DNA of 62,848 bases, the filler included, from Globobulimina sp. (taxonomy: Eukaryota): NCBI GenBank assembly GCA_003354225.1. It is 23 parts of 23 records of this genome, joined end to end, with 100 filler letters (N's around TTAATTAATTAA, not from the genome) between each part and the next. Parts side by side here need not be neighbours in the genome. Positions count along the whole stretch, not along the records: positions 10,956 to 13,593 come from PIVH01005581.1; positions 13,694 to 16,331 come from PIVH01005582.1; positions 16,432 to 19,069 come from PIVH01005583.1; positions 19,170 to 21,807 come from PIVH01005584.1; positions 21,908 to 24,545 come from PIVH01005585.1; 18 more parts are not named here. The stretch is one strand, 5' to 3'. Below the pieces are notes generated by a model. The model made no database searches, was not told the origin of the DNA, and saw only the letters and a program-made list of their open reading frames with translations. The position numbers and the translations under genes are program-made. Below, one piece after another: positions 10,956 through 23,030 of this stretch (its first letter is position 1; every line of letters starts with the position of its first letter).

Positions 10956-13173
10956 AGGGTTTTATGACAGCAATGTGATTTTGGAGGATCAACGCGATCA
11001 TATTTTAGAATCAATATTGAATAACATCGGAATATATGGATGGAAAACGCAGAAACAGATAAATAATGATCTTATTATAATATTAGAGAAACATATTACA
11101 AATAAAATCGTAGATAATATTAATCAGAAAGTCAATGGAATCGGTGCTATTTATACGTATGAGAATGATGTATGTACTCACGGCATGGATATGGATAAGA
11201 ATATTATCATCGATTTGAGTGAATACGACAACATAAAAGTATTTGAATATGGATTTGTTTTACGAAACAAAGGTGCTACACAGCAAAATATGGATATTTT
11301 AGCTTGCATTTTAAATGAAAATGCTCTGTTTGAATGGATTTCATATTTTGATGCAGTTTTATATGGTTTATCAGATAAATTTAAGTTAAATAATGATAAA
11401 AAACAAGTGAAGTTTAAAGAAGAAAAGAAAAACAATAATGATGCTTTTATGTACGACAAATATGTGCATTCTTTCAAACAATATGACGATAACTTTGATA
11501 AAAATAAGAATGAATATGTGTTAAAATTTGGCTTTGGCGAAAAATTAAATTATTGGGATAAAAATGCAATAAATTATGTGCGCGCCAAATATGTCACATT
11601 GAAAGCGGAATTATTAACAAATGATATCTATGAATTGAGTGAGAGTGAATATTATAACATATATTTTCAAGCACAAACACTGAATAAAAAAAAGGACGGT
11701 AAATGCACAGTGAATCATAGAATTTGTATGCTATTATTTAGTAAATTTACATCCAAACAAACAACTCAATTCATTGCAAAATGTAAACGTCAAAGGAATG
11801 ATGAAACTTTATACGATTTGATTGCACGCAACAGTGAAATTGCACATTTTTGCAAATATGTAAATGAGTGCCTTGATATTGCTCCATTTGCAGGCGAGAT
11901 GAATAAGAAAAAAGCATTATACATCGGAATTAGTGAATATTTATTATTTGATTCAATATCGATTAATTTGCAATGTCCAGTAATATTAACAACGGATTCT
12001 GTGATAATACAAAAATTAAATAAAACCTTTGCGAATAGAAATGGTATAATTTTATCGTTAAAAACAGCTTTTGATAATAACAGGAAATGTGTAATAAATA
12101 ATAATAACGATGTTGTTTTATATGGCAACAAAATGAATATTTCAAATATATTCATCAATGGATTTAGTCAGAAATTATATATTTCAGCAATCCAATTATT
12201 TGAAAATATAATGAATGGCTATTTTCTTATTTCATCGAATGAAATGAGCGAGAAAACACTGTATCGATTGATAAATAATTATGCGTCGAATTCGAATGAT
12301 ATTAAAATACCAAAATATATTCGGAAAATATTTGCAAATATTTTGAATTCAAATAAAAAAAAACAGATTTGGATAAATAAAACGCAATTAAAATTAATTA
12401 AAAATGTGAAACTAAAACAGTTATTTTTTGATTTTAAGAATGATAAAATTGGATCGTTTTATTTGTTTAAATATAAAAAAATTGATTTTATTCGACAATT
12501 TGAATGGGAAATTAATGCTTTTTCTTGTAATGATAATGATAAATCTCGTGAATTTGAATATTTTTATCAAGGTGTTAATGCATGTCCAGCTGCTGATATT
12601 TCTTTTTATTTTCAATTATATCCGCAATATTTGGGTAGCAAATGTTTATTGCGATTCTGTGTAAAAAAAATGCCAAAAAATATCGTTGCTATAAAAATAT
12701 CGATAGATATTATTTGTGATTATAAAAATAATAAAAAACAAATATTATTGGCACCAAAATGGATTGCAAATTATTGTGATATCATATTATATGAATCTTG
12801 TATTGAATTAAAAGAGATAAACGAATTAAATTTAACGTTTGGTATTAAAATATTGGATATGGCACAGACAAAAACAAAATTAAATATAAAAAAACAAGAA
12901 ATCGAGAATAATGACATTGATATTGATATATTAACACAAAAAATTAGAAACGAAATATATAAAGACATTGAAAATAAATATAAACAACAAATCAATGAAT
13001 TAAATCAGAGAATTAATTGCCGTAAAAAGAAAACAAGCGATGATGGCCATCCCGGTCAATTGGAATTATCTCCACCAACAAACAATTTAAATTTAAAAAG
13101 AAGTCAAAGTTATTCGCAATCTGCGAATAGAAAAAAAAGAAAAAAAACATTCACGTTAATGGACAGTACATAA
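10956..13173 (+). CDS. Lineage-specific protein with a degenerate ART-like domain and a C-terminal MATH-like domain (5' partial)
   Basis: Aligns by eye to the contig-10 protein: KYVTLKAELLTN ~ LHLHLLEELTEN; HRICMLLF ~ HILCIICY; LYIGISEYLLF ~ FYHGLRSKFLF; PVILTT ~ PTSTT; NGIILSL ~ GGIILQL. FEWEI...FYFQLYP resembles MATH strands. Confidence 0.6.
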
Positions 13174-13790
13174 AATTAATTTATTGTCCAATTTTATGCA
13201 TTGTAAATTCTATGTGGTTGACTATGTACTCCTGTGTTTTTTTGTTGGTTTTTATATATTTTATGTGACATATATATTTTATATATGATGTTTTTGATTG
13301 CAACACCGCCGGATGCTCTTTGATCTGAGTTTGTTCTGAATTAGCAAACCAGAGACAAAGCGATAACAAACTGTTTCTGTATACATGCAACTTATCGACG
13401 GTGGTGGGATATCTTTTGGAATATATCGTTGAAACTAAAAAACCAAACACCGACCCTGGCCGATGATGCATATAAATCAATGGAATATAAGCAAGATCCC
13501 AATGATGTTCTTGATTTCCGACTGTAAGAACAATACCTCAATCACAAAACTTTCATTGTTGAAATTAAACAACCAATCAAAAAAAACATGCAANNNNNNN
13601 NNNNNNNNNNNNNNNNNNNNNNNNNNNNNNNNNNNNNTTAATTAATTAANNNNNNNNNNNNNNNNNNNNNNNNNNNNNNNNNNNNNNNNNNNNCGCATTA
13701 AAAATAATAAAAAATAAAATAAAAATAAAATAAAAAATAAAAATAAAAAATAAAATTAAAAATAATAAAAAATTAAAAAAAAAATAAAAA

Positions 13791-13913
13791 TAAATTATCA
13801 TGATATGACCTAATGAAATTTGTAATTTCTTTTTCTTTTTATTTATCTTTAATTCATTTACCACAAATTGTGATCATGACACAATTAAATCTTGGCGGAA
13901 GTTATCACTTTCT
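13791..13913 (+). repeat. Diverged direct repeat, copy 1 (copy 2 at about 15313-15443)
   Basis: taaattatcatgatatga..aatgaaatttgtaatttct...acaattaaatcttggcggaagttatca.tttct occurs at both positions. Confidence 0.85.
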
Positions 13914-14096
13914 GATTTAAGGCGGAAGTTATAACTTTCATATCAGCCAAACAAAAAACTTAAGAATAATCCAATTATGCATCCCAATCCGGGCAATCGG
14001 TATGTTCTAAACAGAATGATTTTGGTTATAACTTGAAGTTATTTGATAATGTGAATTATTTTTAGGAGAAAAAGAAGCTTTTCACAAAGATTACAA

Positions 14097-15338
14097 TTGG
14101 TTGATGATGAACAATATGCAACACAAGAATTTATAGCAACGCAAATGTTACCATTGTTAGCTGTATTTCGTAAGATATTATTAAAAGAGGAACATTTACC
14201 AAATAAACATAATAAAGATACCGCATTCAATTCGAATAACTATTTCAATCTCAATAGTTGTATTAAACAAATTAATAACAACTTTGAAACAATGCTGCAG
14301 AGAGTAGATGAACAAAATAAGTCTATTGAATATAATTCGCAATCCAGTAAACGACTGAAACTACAACAAACAGAGTCCACTGCCCATTTGCATCGACGTC
14401 TAAATGCCGCAAAACAACAAACAAATAATCAAATAAATGACTTAAAACAGGAGGTTGCACAGATTGCATTGGGATTGAATGCATTACAAAATGAAATAAA
14501 AAATAATGTGAATGATGCCAAAAATAATACACAAAGCCATACGAATAATATAATGAATGTAATTGAACGTATCCAGCGAATGGAATCCAATATGCATGGA
14601 AGAGATGAAGAAATAAATTTAATTAAAGACAAAGTCAATGATATTGATGCTAATTTGGAGGAAATTGAAATGAAACAAAACAAAAATAATGCTCTTGAAA
14701 TGTTATCAAATCGAAATTTGGTTCAAATTACAACAGGACGAAAAAATATAAAATCGTCCATTAATAATGTCTTAAAAGAGAATATTGCATTAAATATTGA
14801 TGGGGAGCAATATCGAGGAACATTGATACCTTTGACAGCAACGAGAACACGTAAAAGATTTATGGATGAAGAGGTTTGGGGCAAAATATTTAAAACACCG
14901 TCTTTATATAAATTATGTGATAATGATTGTTATTTAATTGCACAGCGCGAAAATATCACTATTATGGATTATGTTTTTTTGCATCATAATGGTGCCTCTA
15001 TGAGTCAATGGAATGAATGTCGAATTGTTCAACAATGGCTAAATTGTCGAGACTCAGATGAATGGAAAAGCAATGATATAAATATGTATACAATTTGTTG
15101 TCATTCAGCGACTGGGACATGGAAATCTTTTCAAAATCAAAAACCTTTATGGAAAATGAAGAGAAATAAAAAAAGTCCGAAAAAAATTAAAGGTAATTTT
15201 GTACGATTTGTTATAAAAACAGGCGCATTCATTGAAAATACAAATAATAAAAATAAAAATAATAAAAACAATAAAAATATTGACAATCGTTATAATTATG
15301 ATTTGGCGCTATTAAATTATCATGATATGAGCCAATGA
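14097..15338 (+). CDS. Hypothetical coiled-coil protein with an unknown C-terminal globular domain
   Basis: 413-aa ORF with a heptad-rich Q/N/E/K N-terminal half and a W/C-containing C-terminal region; no family recognised. Confidence 0.6.
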   Translation: MVDDEQYATQEFIATQMLPLLAVFRKILLKEEHLPNKHNKDTAFNSNNYFNLNSCIKQINNNFETMLQRVDEQNKSIEYNSQSSKRLKLQQTESTAHLHRRLNAAKQQTNNQINDLKQEVAQIALGLNALQNEIKNNVNDAKNNTQSHTNNIMNVIERIQRMESNMHGRDEEINLIKDKVNDIDANLEEIEMKQNKNNALEMLSNRNLVQITTGRKNIKSSINNVLKENIALNIDGEQYRGTLIPLTATRTRKRFMDEEVWGKIFKTPSLYKLCDNDCYLIAQRENITIMDYVFLHHNGASMSQWNECRIVQQWLNCRDSDEWKSNDINMYTICCHSATGTWKSFQNQKPLWKMKRNKKSPKKIKGNFVRFVIKTGAFIENTNNKNKNNKNNKNIDNRYNYDLALLNYHDMSQ

Positions 15339-15443
15339 AATTTGTAATTTCTTGTTCTTTTTCTTTTTATTTATCTGTAACTCATTTATACCGCGTACAA
15401 ATTGTTACATACAATTAAATCTTGGCGGAAGTTATCAATTTCT
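15313..15443 (+). repeat. Diverged direct repeat, copy 2
   Basis: Matches 13791-13913 and overlaps the stop codon of the 413-aa ORF. Confidence 0.85.
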
Positions 15444-16166
15444 ATGGTTCAAAAAAGATGCAATTAATCCCATTACACAAATACGAAGCAATCGTATATT
15501 CCATACAAAAGACATCATCACCATAACAGTAAGCGGCTTAGGCAAATATTTCTGGGGCGGTCAGATAACAACGACAAAACAGATTGGTTTTGCTCAGTTT
15601 GCTGTCATACCAGCAACACTTAGCTATGTTAAGCAAACCTTTATTACATTCACTGGCAATTCATATATTACTGCATTCGGATCTTATTTTACATATTCAA
15701 ATTATTCGTGCCTGTTCACCCATAACGTATCAGCAGTAGTAATACCTTTTGATGTTAGTTTTGGAAGAATTTTATATTATTATTATACCATAAAAGGATA
15801 TTAAACATTGAAGAGGAGAGACACAATGAAACAAACTGCCCAATAGATTTCATGGACAATGAAACAAAAAGTGCACCCAAAAACAAACAACCAACACAAG
15901 TTACAAATCATCTCAATTCGCATTCGCTAGATCTTCATCATAGAATGGAAGGAATTTCTTTAGAGCCTGTTCTTCATTCTTTAGATCCTGTTCAGTTTGC
16001 GCTAAGATCTGTATATATCGAGTTTTCCATACAATGATTTCTTTTTCTAAATCTTCAACTTTTGCCTGTAAATCGCCATTTGCTTTAGCAAATTGATTAT
16101 TTATACTGCTTGACCCGTCCTAAAAAAACTTTACAATGTTTATATTTAGAAAACACACCAAACACA

Positions 16167-16331
16167 CTTTTTTCTTATGTCTATCCCTAACTCTTTTTTA
16201 GCAATATCCATCATTATATCTTGAGCATGCAACTTTAAGTGAGCATCGGCTAATGCTCTCTCAAGATCTCTTATTCGGTTTTTGTCCTTTTCCTTTTCCT
16301 TCTCTTTCTCTTTGATTTTATTTTTTGTAGA
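16167..16331 (-). mobile_element. Fragment resembling the C-terminus of a bacterial IS3-family OrfA
   Basis: Manual translation KEKDKNRIRDLERALADAHLKLHAQDIMMDIAKKELGIDIRKK resembles the ...MIDIAEKELxIDIRKK end of Bacteroidota IS3 OrfA proteins (recognised from memory, not searched). Confidence 0.6.
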
Positions 16332-16466
16332 NNNNNNNNNNNNNNNNNNNNNNNNNNNNNNNNNNNNNNNNNNNNTTAATTAATTAANNNNNNNNNNNNN
16401 NNNNNNNNNNNNNNNNNNNNNNNNNNNNNNNCAAAAAAAAAAACCACTGTACATATTTTACAAACC

Positions 16467-17717
16467 ATGGCTTTTGTCGCCAAAAAGCAAAAAAAAGAAG
16501 CAGCCAAAGCAATTATTTTGACACTTATCATAGGCTGTGATGACATTAATAATATGGATCAATTCAATACACAATTATTGGACAATAAAACGAAAAACAA
16601 TAATATCACTCAAAATATTGACCACCATAACATTCAAACGTCAAATATAAAACAATCAATCAAATCATTATCCAAATTAAAATTAAAAAATTATGACGTT
16701 GTTATATTCTTCCATTGTGATAGTATCATTGATTCAATATTGCCAATCATACGACAACACAACACAATATTTATTATAATATTTTCAGAGAATGCAAATG
16801 AATCAGCCATATTCCGGGAAAAGGTGTTTAAAATGCATTGCAATATGGTTACAAACGATATATATTCAATTTATAAAGTATTTGAACTAATATTTAACGC
16901 AAAAGAAAATTATATCAACTATAAAAATGATAGCAACGTTGTATTCTATGACTGTCCTCATCCACACTGCGGAGTTGCCAATTTAACAGAAGCTGATTTA
17001 TGGCATCATTTCCCGTTATACCATATTGGTACGAGGAACCTAGTGAGTGTACGTTGTCCTATTTGCACTGCGCCATGCGGTTCGAAGAAAAAACCATTCC
17101 AAGTACACTTACGTAACAATCATGGATTGTGTGCAACGCATAAATGCGAAGCAGAATATAAAGGCGGTGTGCCATCATACATATTTTCATTGGTGGTGGT
17201 CCGCAGGAAAAGTGACTCAAAGTTTTTATTGGTGCAAGAATTCGCATCGTCAGGGTTCTGGCTGCCGGGTGGCAGAGTGGACCCCGGCGAAACTACAGAA
17301 AGTGCGGCATTGCGGGAATGTGCAGAAGAGGCCGGAGTTAAAATAGAATTGAAGGGAATACTGAAAGTTGAATATAGAGCCTTTAGATTCGAAAACAGAA
17401 AATATCAACATACTCCGGATAAGGATTATAATAGAATGAGGATTATTTATTATGCTGAACCAGATCTGGATGTTACTAATAAAAATGTTATGGATGAACA
17501 GAAACAGGATGATAATGATAAAGGGAGTGACTGTTTATTGGCCAAAAGTATTCCAGATTATGAGAGTATGGGTGCGTGCTGGGTCCATCCTGATGAAGTC
17601 TTGAAAGTAAAATTGAGGGCATATGAACCAAGTCGATGGATACCGTATGTTGCCGATGGTGGTAAAATATATCCGATGGAGTTACTGGACTGTGATCAAA
17701 GAAACACTACCTTGTGA
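16467..17717 (+). CDS. Nudix hydrolase with upstream C2H2/Di19-like zinc fingers
   Basis: Nudix box GGRVDPGETTESAALRECAEEAG. Upstream metal-binding motifs CPHPHC...HFPLYH and CPIC...HLRNNH. Confidence 0.88.
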   Translation: MAFVAKKQKKEAAKAIILTLIIGCDDINNMDQFNTQLLDNKTKNNNITQNIDHHNIQTSNIKQSIKSLSKLKLKNYDVVIFFHCDSIIDSILPIIRQHNTIFIIIFSENANESAIFREKVFKMHCNMVTNDIYSIYKVFELIFNAKENYINYKNDSNVVFYDCPHPHCGVANLTEADLWHHFPLYHIGTRNLVSVRCPICTAPCGSKKKPFQVHLRNNHGLCATHKCEAEYKGGVPSYIFSLVVVRRKSDSKFLLVQEFASSGFWLPGGRVDPGETTESAALRECAEEAGVKIELKGILKVEYRAFRFENRKYQHTPDKDYNRMRIIYYAEPDLDVTNKNVMDEQKQDDNDKGSDCLLAKSIPDYESMGACWVHPDEVLKVKLRAYEPSRWIPYVADGGKIYPMELLDCDQRNTTL

Positions 17718-17777
17718 TATTCTCATTTTTCAGCTTACACAAGTTTTATTTTAATCATTTTTCAGCTTAAACAAAGA

Positions 17778-18950
17778 ATGCTGGCAGGCATTGTTCCAAA
17801 ACTAAGAAAACATAACGAACCATTATTATCACTAGCGGAATATGACAGAAATTCTGCATCACACATCGATAACAACCAGACATATCAATCAATTGACACT
17901 AACAATCCTTCATCAAAGCCCTCAAATTCAAATGAAGCACTGTTTGTTGATAAACCATCAATATATGAAAGAATCGCAGCCTTTAATTTCCGAAGTGAAT
18001 GTCCAGTACTCTCCATATTTGCATTATACTCACTTTTAACCTTTTTATTTGCATTTATTGGTGGCATAATATTCCATGTTTGTGAATACGACACAGAAAA
18101 TACTGAAATACTACAAAAACGCGAATTATATCAACAAATCTCCGCTGCGTTAAATGATGTCGACCCATCATATCAAGCGATGCTCGATAAGTTGCTGCAT
18201 ATGTGTGACATCCCACTGGTACTTGACGAGAATAGATGGACAATCCCAAAGTCTGCATTTTTTGCATTTACTACAGCATCAACCATTGGTTATGGGTATA
18301 CCACACCCTCCACATTTTGGGGCAGAGCCTCAACTTTCATCTATGGTTTGCCAGCAATTATGCTATTTGGACTGTCAATGGTACAGATTGGACAGGCCAT
18401 TGTGCATAAAATCGATAAAGGAGCCTCCCATTCATATATTGGACAGTTATGGATGGGTAGCGGATGCTTTGCATGCACTTGTCTGAAAAGATGCAGCATT
18501 GAGTTGCAAAGAACAGTTTGTATATTTATTTTGCTGGCTTGCTTAGTTTGTTTCGCTGCCTGGTTAATTACACAAATTGAGCATGATTGGACATTTAACG
18601 ATGGTTTATACTTTATGTGGATCTCAATCAGTACCATTGGATATGGTGACTATGAGCCATCAGTTATACAGTCCTCGTATTGGGCAAATGCATTGGTTTG
18701 GTTTGGATTGTGTTTGACTGCAATATTGATTGGTTCCTCGCAAGATTACTTTCAAATGAAGGTTAAGTGGTGGAGGAAAGAGAGAGTCATCATGGAAAAC
18801 TGTGATAGGTTGGAAACCCGAAAGGGCAGTGTTATGCTGCAAAAACTAAATCGCCAGACTAAGGAAACTAAATCGACAAAAAATATAAGTGTAGATGTGC
18901 CAGATGTGTTGCAAGACGGTGATCATATGCATGAACTTCAAACTCCTTAA
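17778..18950 (+). CDS. Two-pore-domain potassium channel (K2P)
   Basis: Two pore loops (FAFTTASTIGYG, FMWISISTIGYGD), four TM segments and a cap helix after TM1. Confidence 0.93.
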   Translation: MLAGIVPKLRKHNEPLLSLAEYDRNSASHIDNNQTYQSIDTNNPSSKPSNSNEALFVDKPSIYERIAAFNFRSECPVLSIFALYSLLTFLFAFIGGIIFHVCEYDTENTEILQKRELYQQISAALNDVDPSYQAMLDKLLHMCDIPLVLDENRWTIPKSAFFAFTTASTIGYGYTTPSTFWGRASTFIYGLPAIMLFGLSMVQIGQAIVHKIDKGASHSYIGQLWMGSGCFACTCLKRCSIELQRTVCIFILLACLVCFAAWLITQIEHDWTFNDGLYFMWISISTIGYGDYEPSVIQSSYWANALVWFGLCLTAILIGSSQDYFQMKVKWWRKERVIMENCDRLETRKGSVMLQKLNRQTKETKSTKNISVDVPDVLQDGDHMHELQTP

Positions 18951-19169
18951 AATGGTCGGATGTTTATACCGTTTCTGTACAAATAGTATTTATTTAAGCT
19001 GTTTTTACTCGTCAGTCTGTAGTACAGTAAAAGCGGCTTTACATTTAACACAATAACGTCACTGAAGAANNNNNNNNNNNNNNNNNNNNNNNNNNNNNNN
19101 NNNNNNNNNNNNNTTAATTAATTAANNNNNNNNNNNNNNNNNNNNNNNNNNNNNNNNNNNNNNNNNNNN

Positions 19170-21496
19170 ACAATCAAAAACAATTTAAAAATAAAAAAAC
19201 AAATTGGAAATTGGATGATTCCGGAAAGCAATGGATTATCGGAAATAAATCATTCAAAGACTCACCATTTTATTTTACTGTTCCATTTAAAAAAACATTT
19301 ATAAAATCAAACAACAGCAATAAGCCTACTAACAATCAGCGGGAAAATGCAAACACAAAAAAACGCAAATTTCCCAAAGACGAACCAGACGAAAAAAACA
19401 ACGACAACAACAATACTTTGCCACCACTGCTTCGTCAAAAGCAAATATTTGTTGATATTGTATTAATATCAAACCACGAAAGCATTCTGGGCCTACCATA
19501 CTTATTCAAACCTCGCAATCACCAAACTCCACATAATATCAACCATGACTTAAATAACATGCACCACGATGCCAATATGAACAATTTATTACACTCCTTA
19601 TTGTCAACCGATGCCATCACAATTTCAGATATATTGACGGAGCAAAAACAGGCGCAACAAATGGAAATAGACACAGCCGACACTGCAGATAATAGCACTG
19701 AGATTGTAATGTGTGCGCATTGCAAAATATATGCAACTGCGCCAACCAAACAATACGGAAAACTGTTAATGAAATCCTTAGCTTCCTCAAGCAATGAATA
19801 CTTTGTACTGAACGCAAACAAGCGATGCATCAAAAACGGAGTGTACGACATCGACTTAATTGAGGCGTGCATTGATAGCATAACAACCTGTGAGTATAAC
19901 GAGAGGATAGCAGTGGTTGACAGCGGCGAACTGTCCATAGTTTGCATCTCGTCCGGTTTATACATCGGGTCTTCCAATTGGATCATAAACGGCGCCGCAA
20001 TGAATGCCATGTCGATAGGCATAGTGATGGGCAGTTGTGGTGCGACCAATCGACATCCAAAGTCCATCACATTGTCGCCTTATTTCAATAACAACGCCAT
20101 GTCGACCCTATTAATTGACGACTTACAGTCGATATTATTGAATGATGAGAGTGCCAATGATTCCTTGTTGTTGATGGAGAAGAAGATCATATCGACCATC
20201 TCCGGCGGAGGCAGCGTGATAATGCCATCTACGGCGTGTGGCATTGCCTACGATATGCTGGAAAGAATACATTCCATTCTCAACCGATATGATTATAGCT
20301 ACATTAGCATATATTTTATCTCCTCCATAGCGAAGGAATCCATCTGTTACTCGTCCGTTTATGGCGAATATTTGCATGCGAATAATATGAAACATGTCTC
20401 CGACGCAAAGTATCCCTTTGGATTTCAAACGTACATATTACACAACAGATTGATACATTGTTGTTCGTGGGATAACAAGTTTTGTTTTAAATACATTAAA
20501 CAAAATAATTGCGCGCAATCAAGGATTATTATTTGTGAATCGCCGTCGTTGCGATATGGAAATGTATTGCATTTATTGCAGATATTTAACGATAAAAAGA
20601 ATACGTTGATTCTGACGGATCCGCATTTTATTACACATTTAGCGTTGTATCCATTTAGTAATCATAGCATGGCCATGGATGATAATAAAACGTCGTCGGA
20701 TGACAATAGTAATAATGCTAAAGTGAAGGAGTTGAAATTGGAGATTGTGTCATATCCAATCGACGCACGATTACAAATCAAGGAATTATGTGTTTTGTTA
20801 AGGAAAGTTTGTCCAAAATATGCATTTATTCCAAACAATTATTATAAGCGAATTATGCAAAATATGAATAAGTTTATAAATATAAATATGGCGCAATTCA
20901 ACAAACAGCAAAAGAATGAGCAAAAGAATTCGAACAATAATTCGTTATTAATATCGCCCGTTTTATTGCGCAAAATTAAGGACATAAAATATTTTACAAT
21001 GAATAGCGGTGTTTATCATTGCATTCCGTTTGATGGCAATGATGATGATGAAAAGAGTAATTATAAGATGGTCTATATTGATCCATTAATTTCACAAAAT
21101 ATTTATCCCAAAAATATAAATCCAAACCATAGTAATAATATGTTTGTGGCATCGCTGTGTGGTGATATTGATTACAATACACACAAAAACAAATTAATAT
21201 TAACAAATAAACAATTTATTAATCAAAAGTTTATTACAAATAAAACATTTATTGGGGCATTAAATATTTATCCGTTACTAAACAATTTAAAACAACAAAC
21301 AAATATTCACAATATTCTGCACAAAGCAAATGAAAATATAATAGAATTTTACATGAAGAATAAAAATAACAACAACATTAAAATTCAAATATTAACATCT
21401 GATAATGTTACAAGTATTGGTTGTGATTCGCCACTCAATAAACAAACTATAACGCATATTCTTGATCTTGTTTCGCAGCATCTTGTCTCTTTTTAA
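19170..21496 (+). CDS. INTS9: Integrator complex subunit 9 (inactive MBL/beta-CASP; 5' partial)
   Basis: VDIVLISNHESILGLPY, KIYATAPTKQYGKLLM, SSGLYIGSSNWII, GGSVIMPSTACG..YDMLE, SPSLRYGNVLH, YPIDARL. Confidence 0.88.
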
Positions 21497-22191
21497 AATA
21501 TATCACTAACAAAATGGTTCTTGAAGTTATTGCAACAATTAAGTCTTACGGAAGTGCCCAGAGTCTTATGGAAGGTGATAAGAATTCTGATTATAATCTA
21601 ACTCAAATGCATGCGGCAATAATGGATTTCAAGCATTTTGTGATTTTGTGATAACATCTTTGTCGACAAAATGGCAGAGATCGAATATCTAAATGAAAAA
21701 AGAAACAAAACATTGTCAAAACAGAATAATATTATAAATAAATTTATCCCATGATTTAATTTAGAATTGGAATGGCATACAAATTGAAGTGAATTGCTTT
21801 TTTGTTGNNNNNNNNNNNNNNNNNNNNNNNNNNNNNNNNNNNNNNNNNNNNTTAATTAATTAANNNNNNNNNNNNNNNNNNNNNNNNNNNNNNNNNNNNN
21901 NNNNNNNTGTCGTACATTCCGCACCGATATGTTCATTCTCATCAACCGCACCATCTATGTACATTAATCTGACTCTGCCGTAAATTCGCAAATTACTTTT
22001 TGAAAACTACTCACATAAAATACATAAAATACATTGTGAGCGTGTTATCACATAAAATATAAAATACTCAACATATGCTGTCATTTCTTGATTTATGCGG
22101 AGTTTCAATGCAAACTTATTGTAAAATGGAACATTATTATTGTCCGTAGGTAACATCACTGGGATTGCGAATGATTTCGGTGAGTACCTTA

Positions 22192-22851
22192 TCATGAATA
22201 TTGATGGAAAAATGATGTGTGTATTTTTGCATGCGATAAACTGAACTTGTTCGGATTTATGACATTTCCTTCTGTTTGACCATCAAACCGATAACTAAAT
22301 TGATCAATTAATGGCGAATGTATCTTTAATGGTATTTCAATTCTAAATCTTTGATTGGATGCATTGATTTCGTTTACAATCGCTATGTTTCGAATGAGTA
22401 AACTAGCGGATATATCTATGGTTGTTGAATAACAATATTTTACATAATTTTTGCCTCTCTCCATAACTATGATATCATTTGGTTGGACGACGGTGATTTT
22501 ACTGTTCCTTATTTGTGAGAGAGAATAACAATGTATAGGTATGATTGGCATTGATTTGAACGGAACTATCACATTCCATGTGAGTACAAATGAAGTTAAA
22601 CCATCACCAACTGTCAGTGTCTCTGCTATGAAGGATTGACGAGTTTGTGTTTGGTTTGGGTCAATGCGGATTACATCAAAAGTGTCATTGATTGTTGGGT
22701 ATATGCATTGTACTTCTATTCCCAACATAGATGGTTGTTTTTGGGCAACTCGCGGTCTTAATCGGCTTTGTAACACATGCATTGCCCGTAGATTGTGATG
22801 AACACAAAATACAAGGAAAATGCTGATGATTTCTGTGGAAAAGACAAACAC
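22192..22851 (-). CDS. Hypothetical protein (beta-rich; exon structure uncertain)
   Basis: 219-codon open frame; no recognisable motif. Confidence 0.35.
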   Translation of the reverse strand: MFVFSTEIISIFLVFCVHHNLRAMHVLQSRLRPRVAQKQPSMLGIEVQCIYPTINDTFDVIRIDPNQTQTRQSFIAETLTVGDGLTSFVLTWNVIVPFKSMPIIPIHCYSLSQIRNSKITVVQPNDIIVMERGKNYVKYCYSTTIDISASLLIRNIAIVNEINASNQRFRIEIPLKIHSPLIDQFSYRFDGQTEGNVINPNKFSLSHAKIHTSFFHQYS

Positions 22852-23030
22852 TGCATTGTTTCATTGGAATGTAGCAATAAATTAACAGGTAACAAACTTT
22901 GCAACAGCATGTTCTTTTGGTTGATTGAAAAACTAAAGACAGCAACTTTAAGGTTTAAACAGTTATTTCAAGATAACAAGTGAATGTACAGTTATATATA
23001 TATATATATATAGTTGCATTTGCTTAGCCT

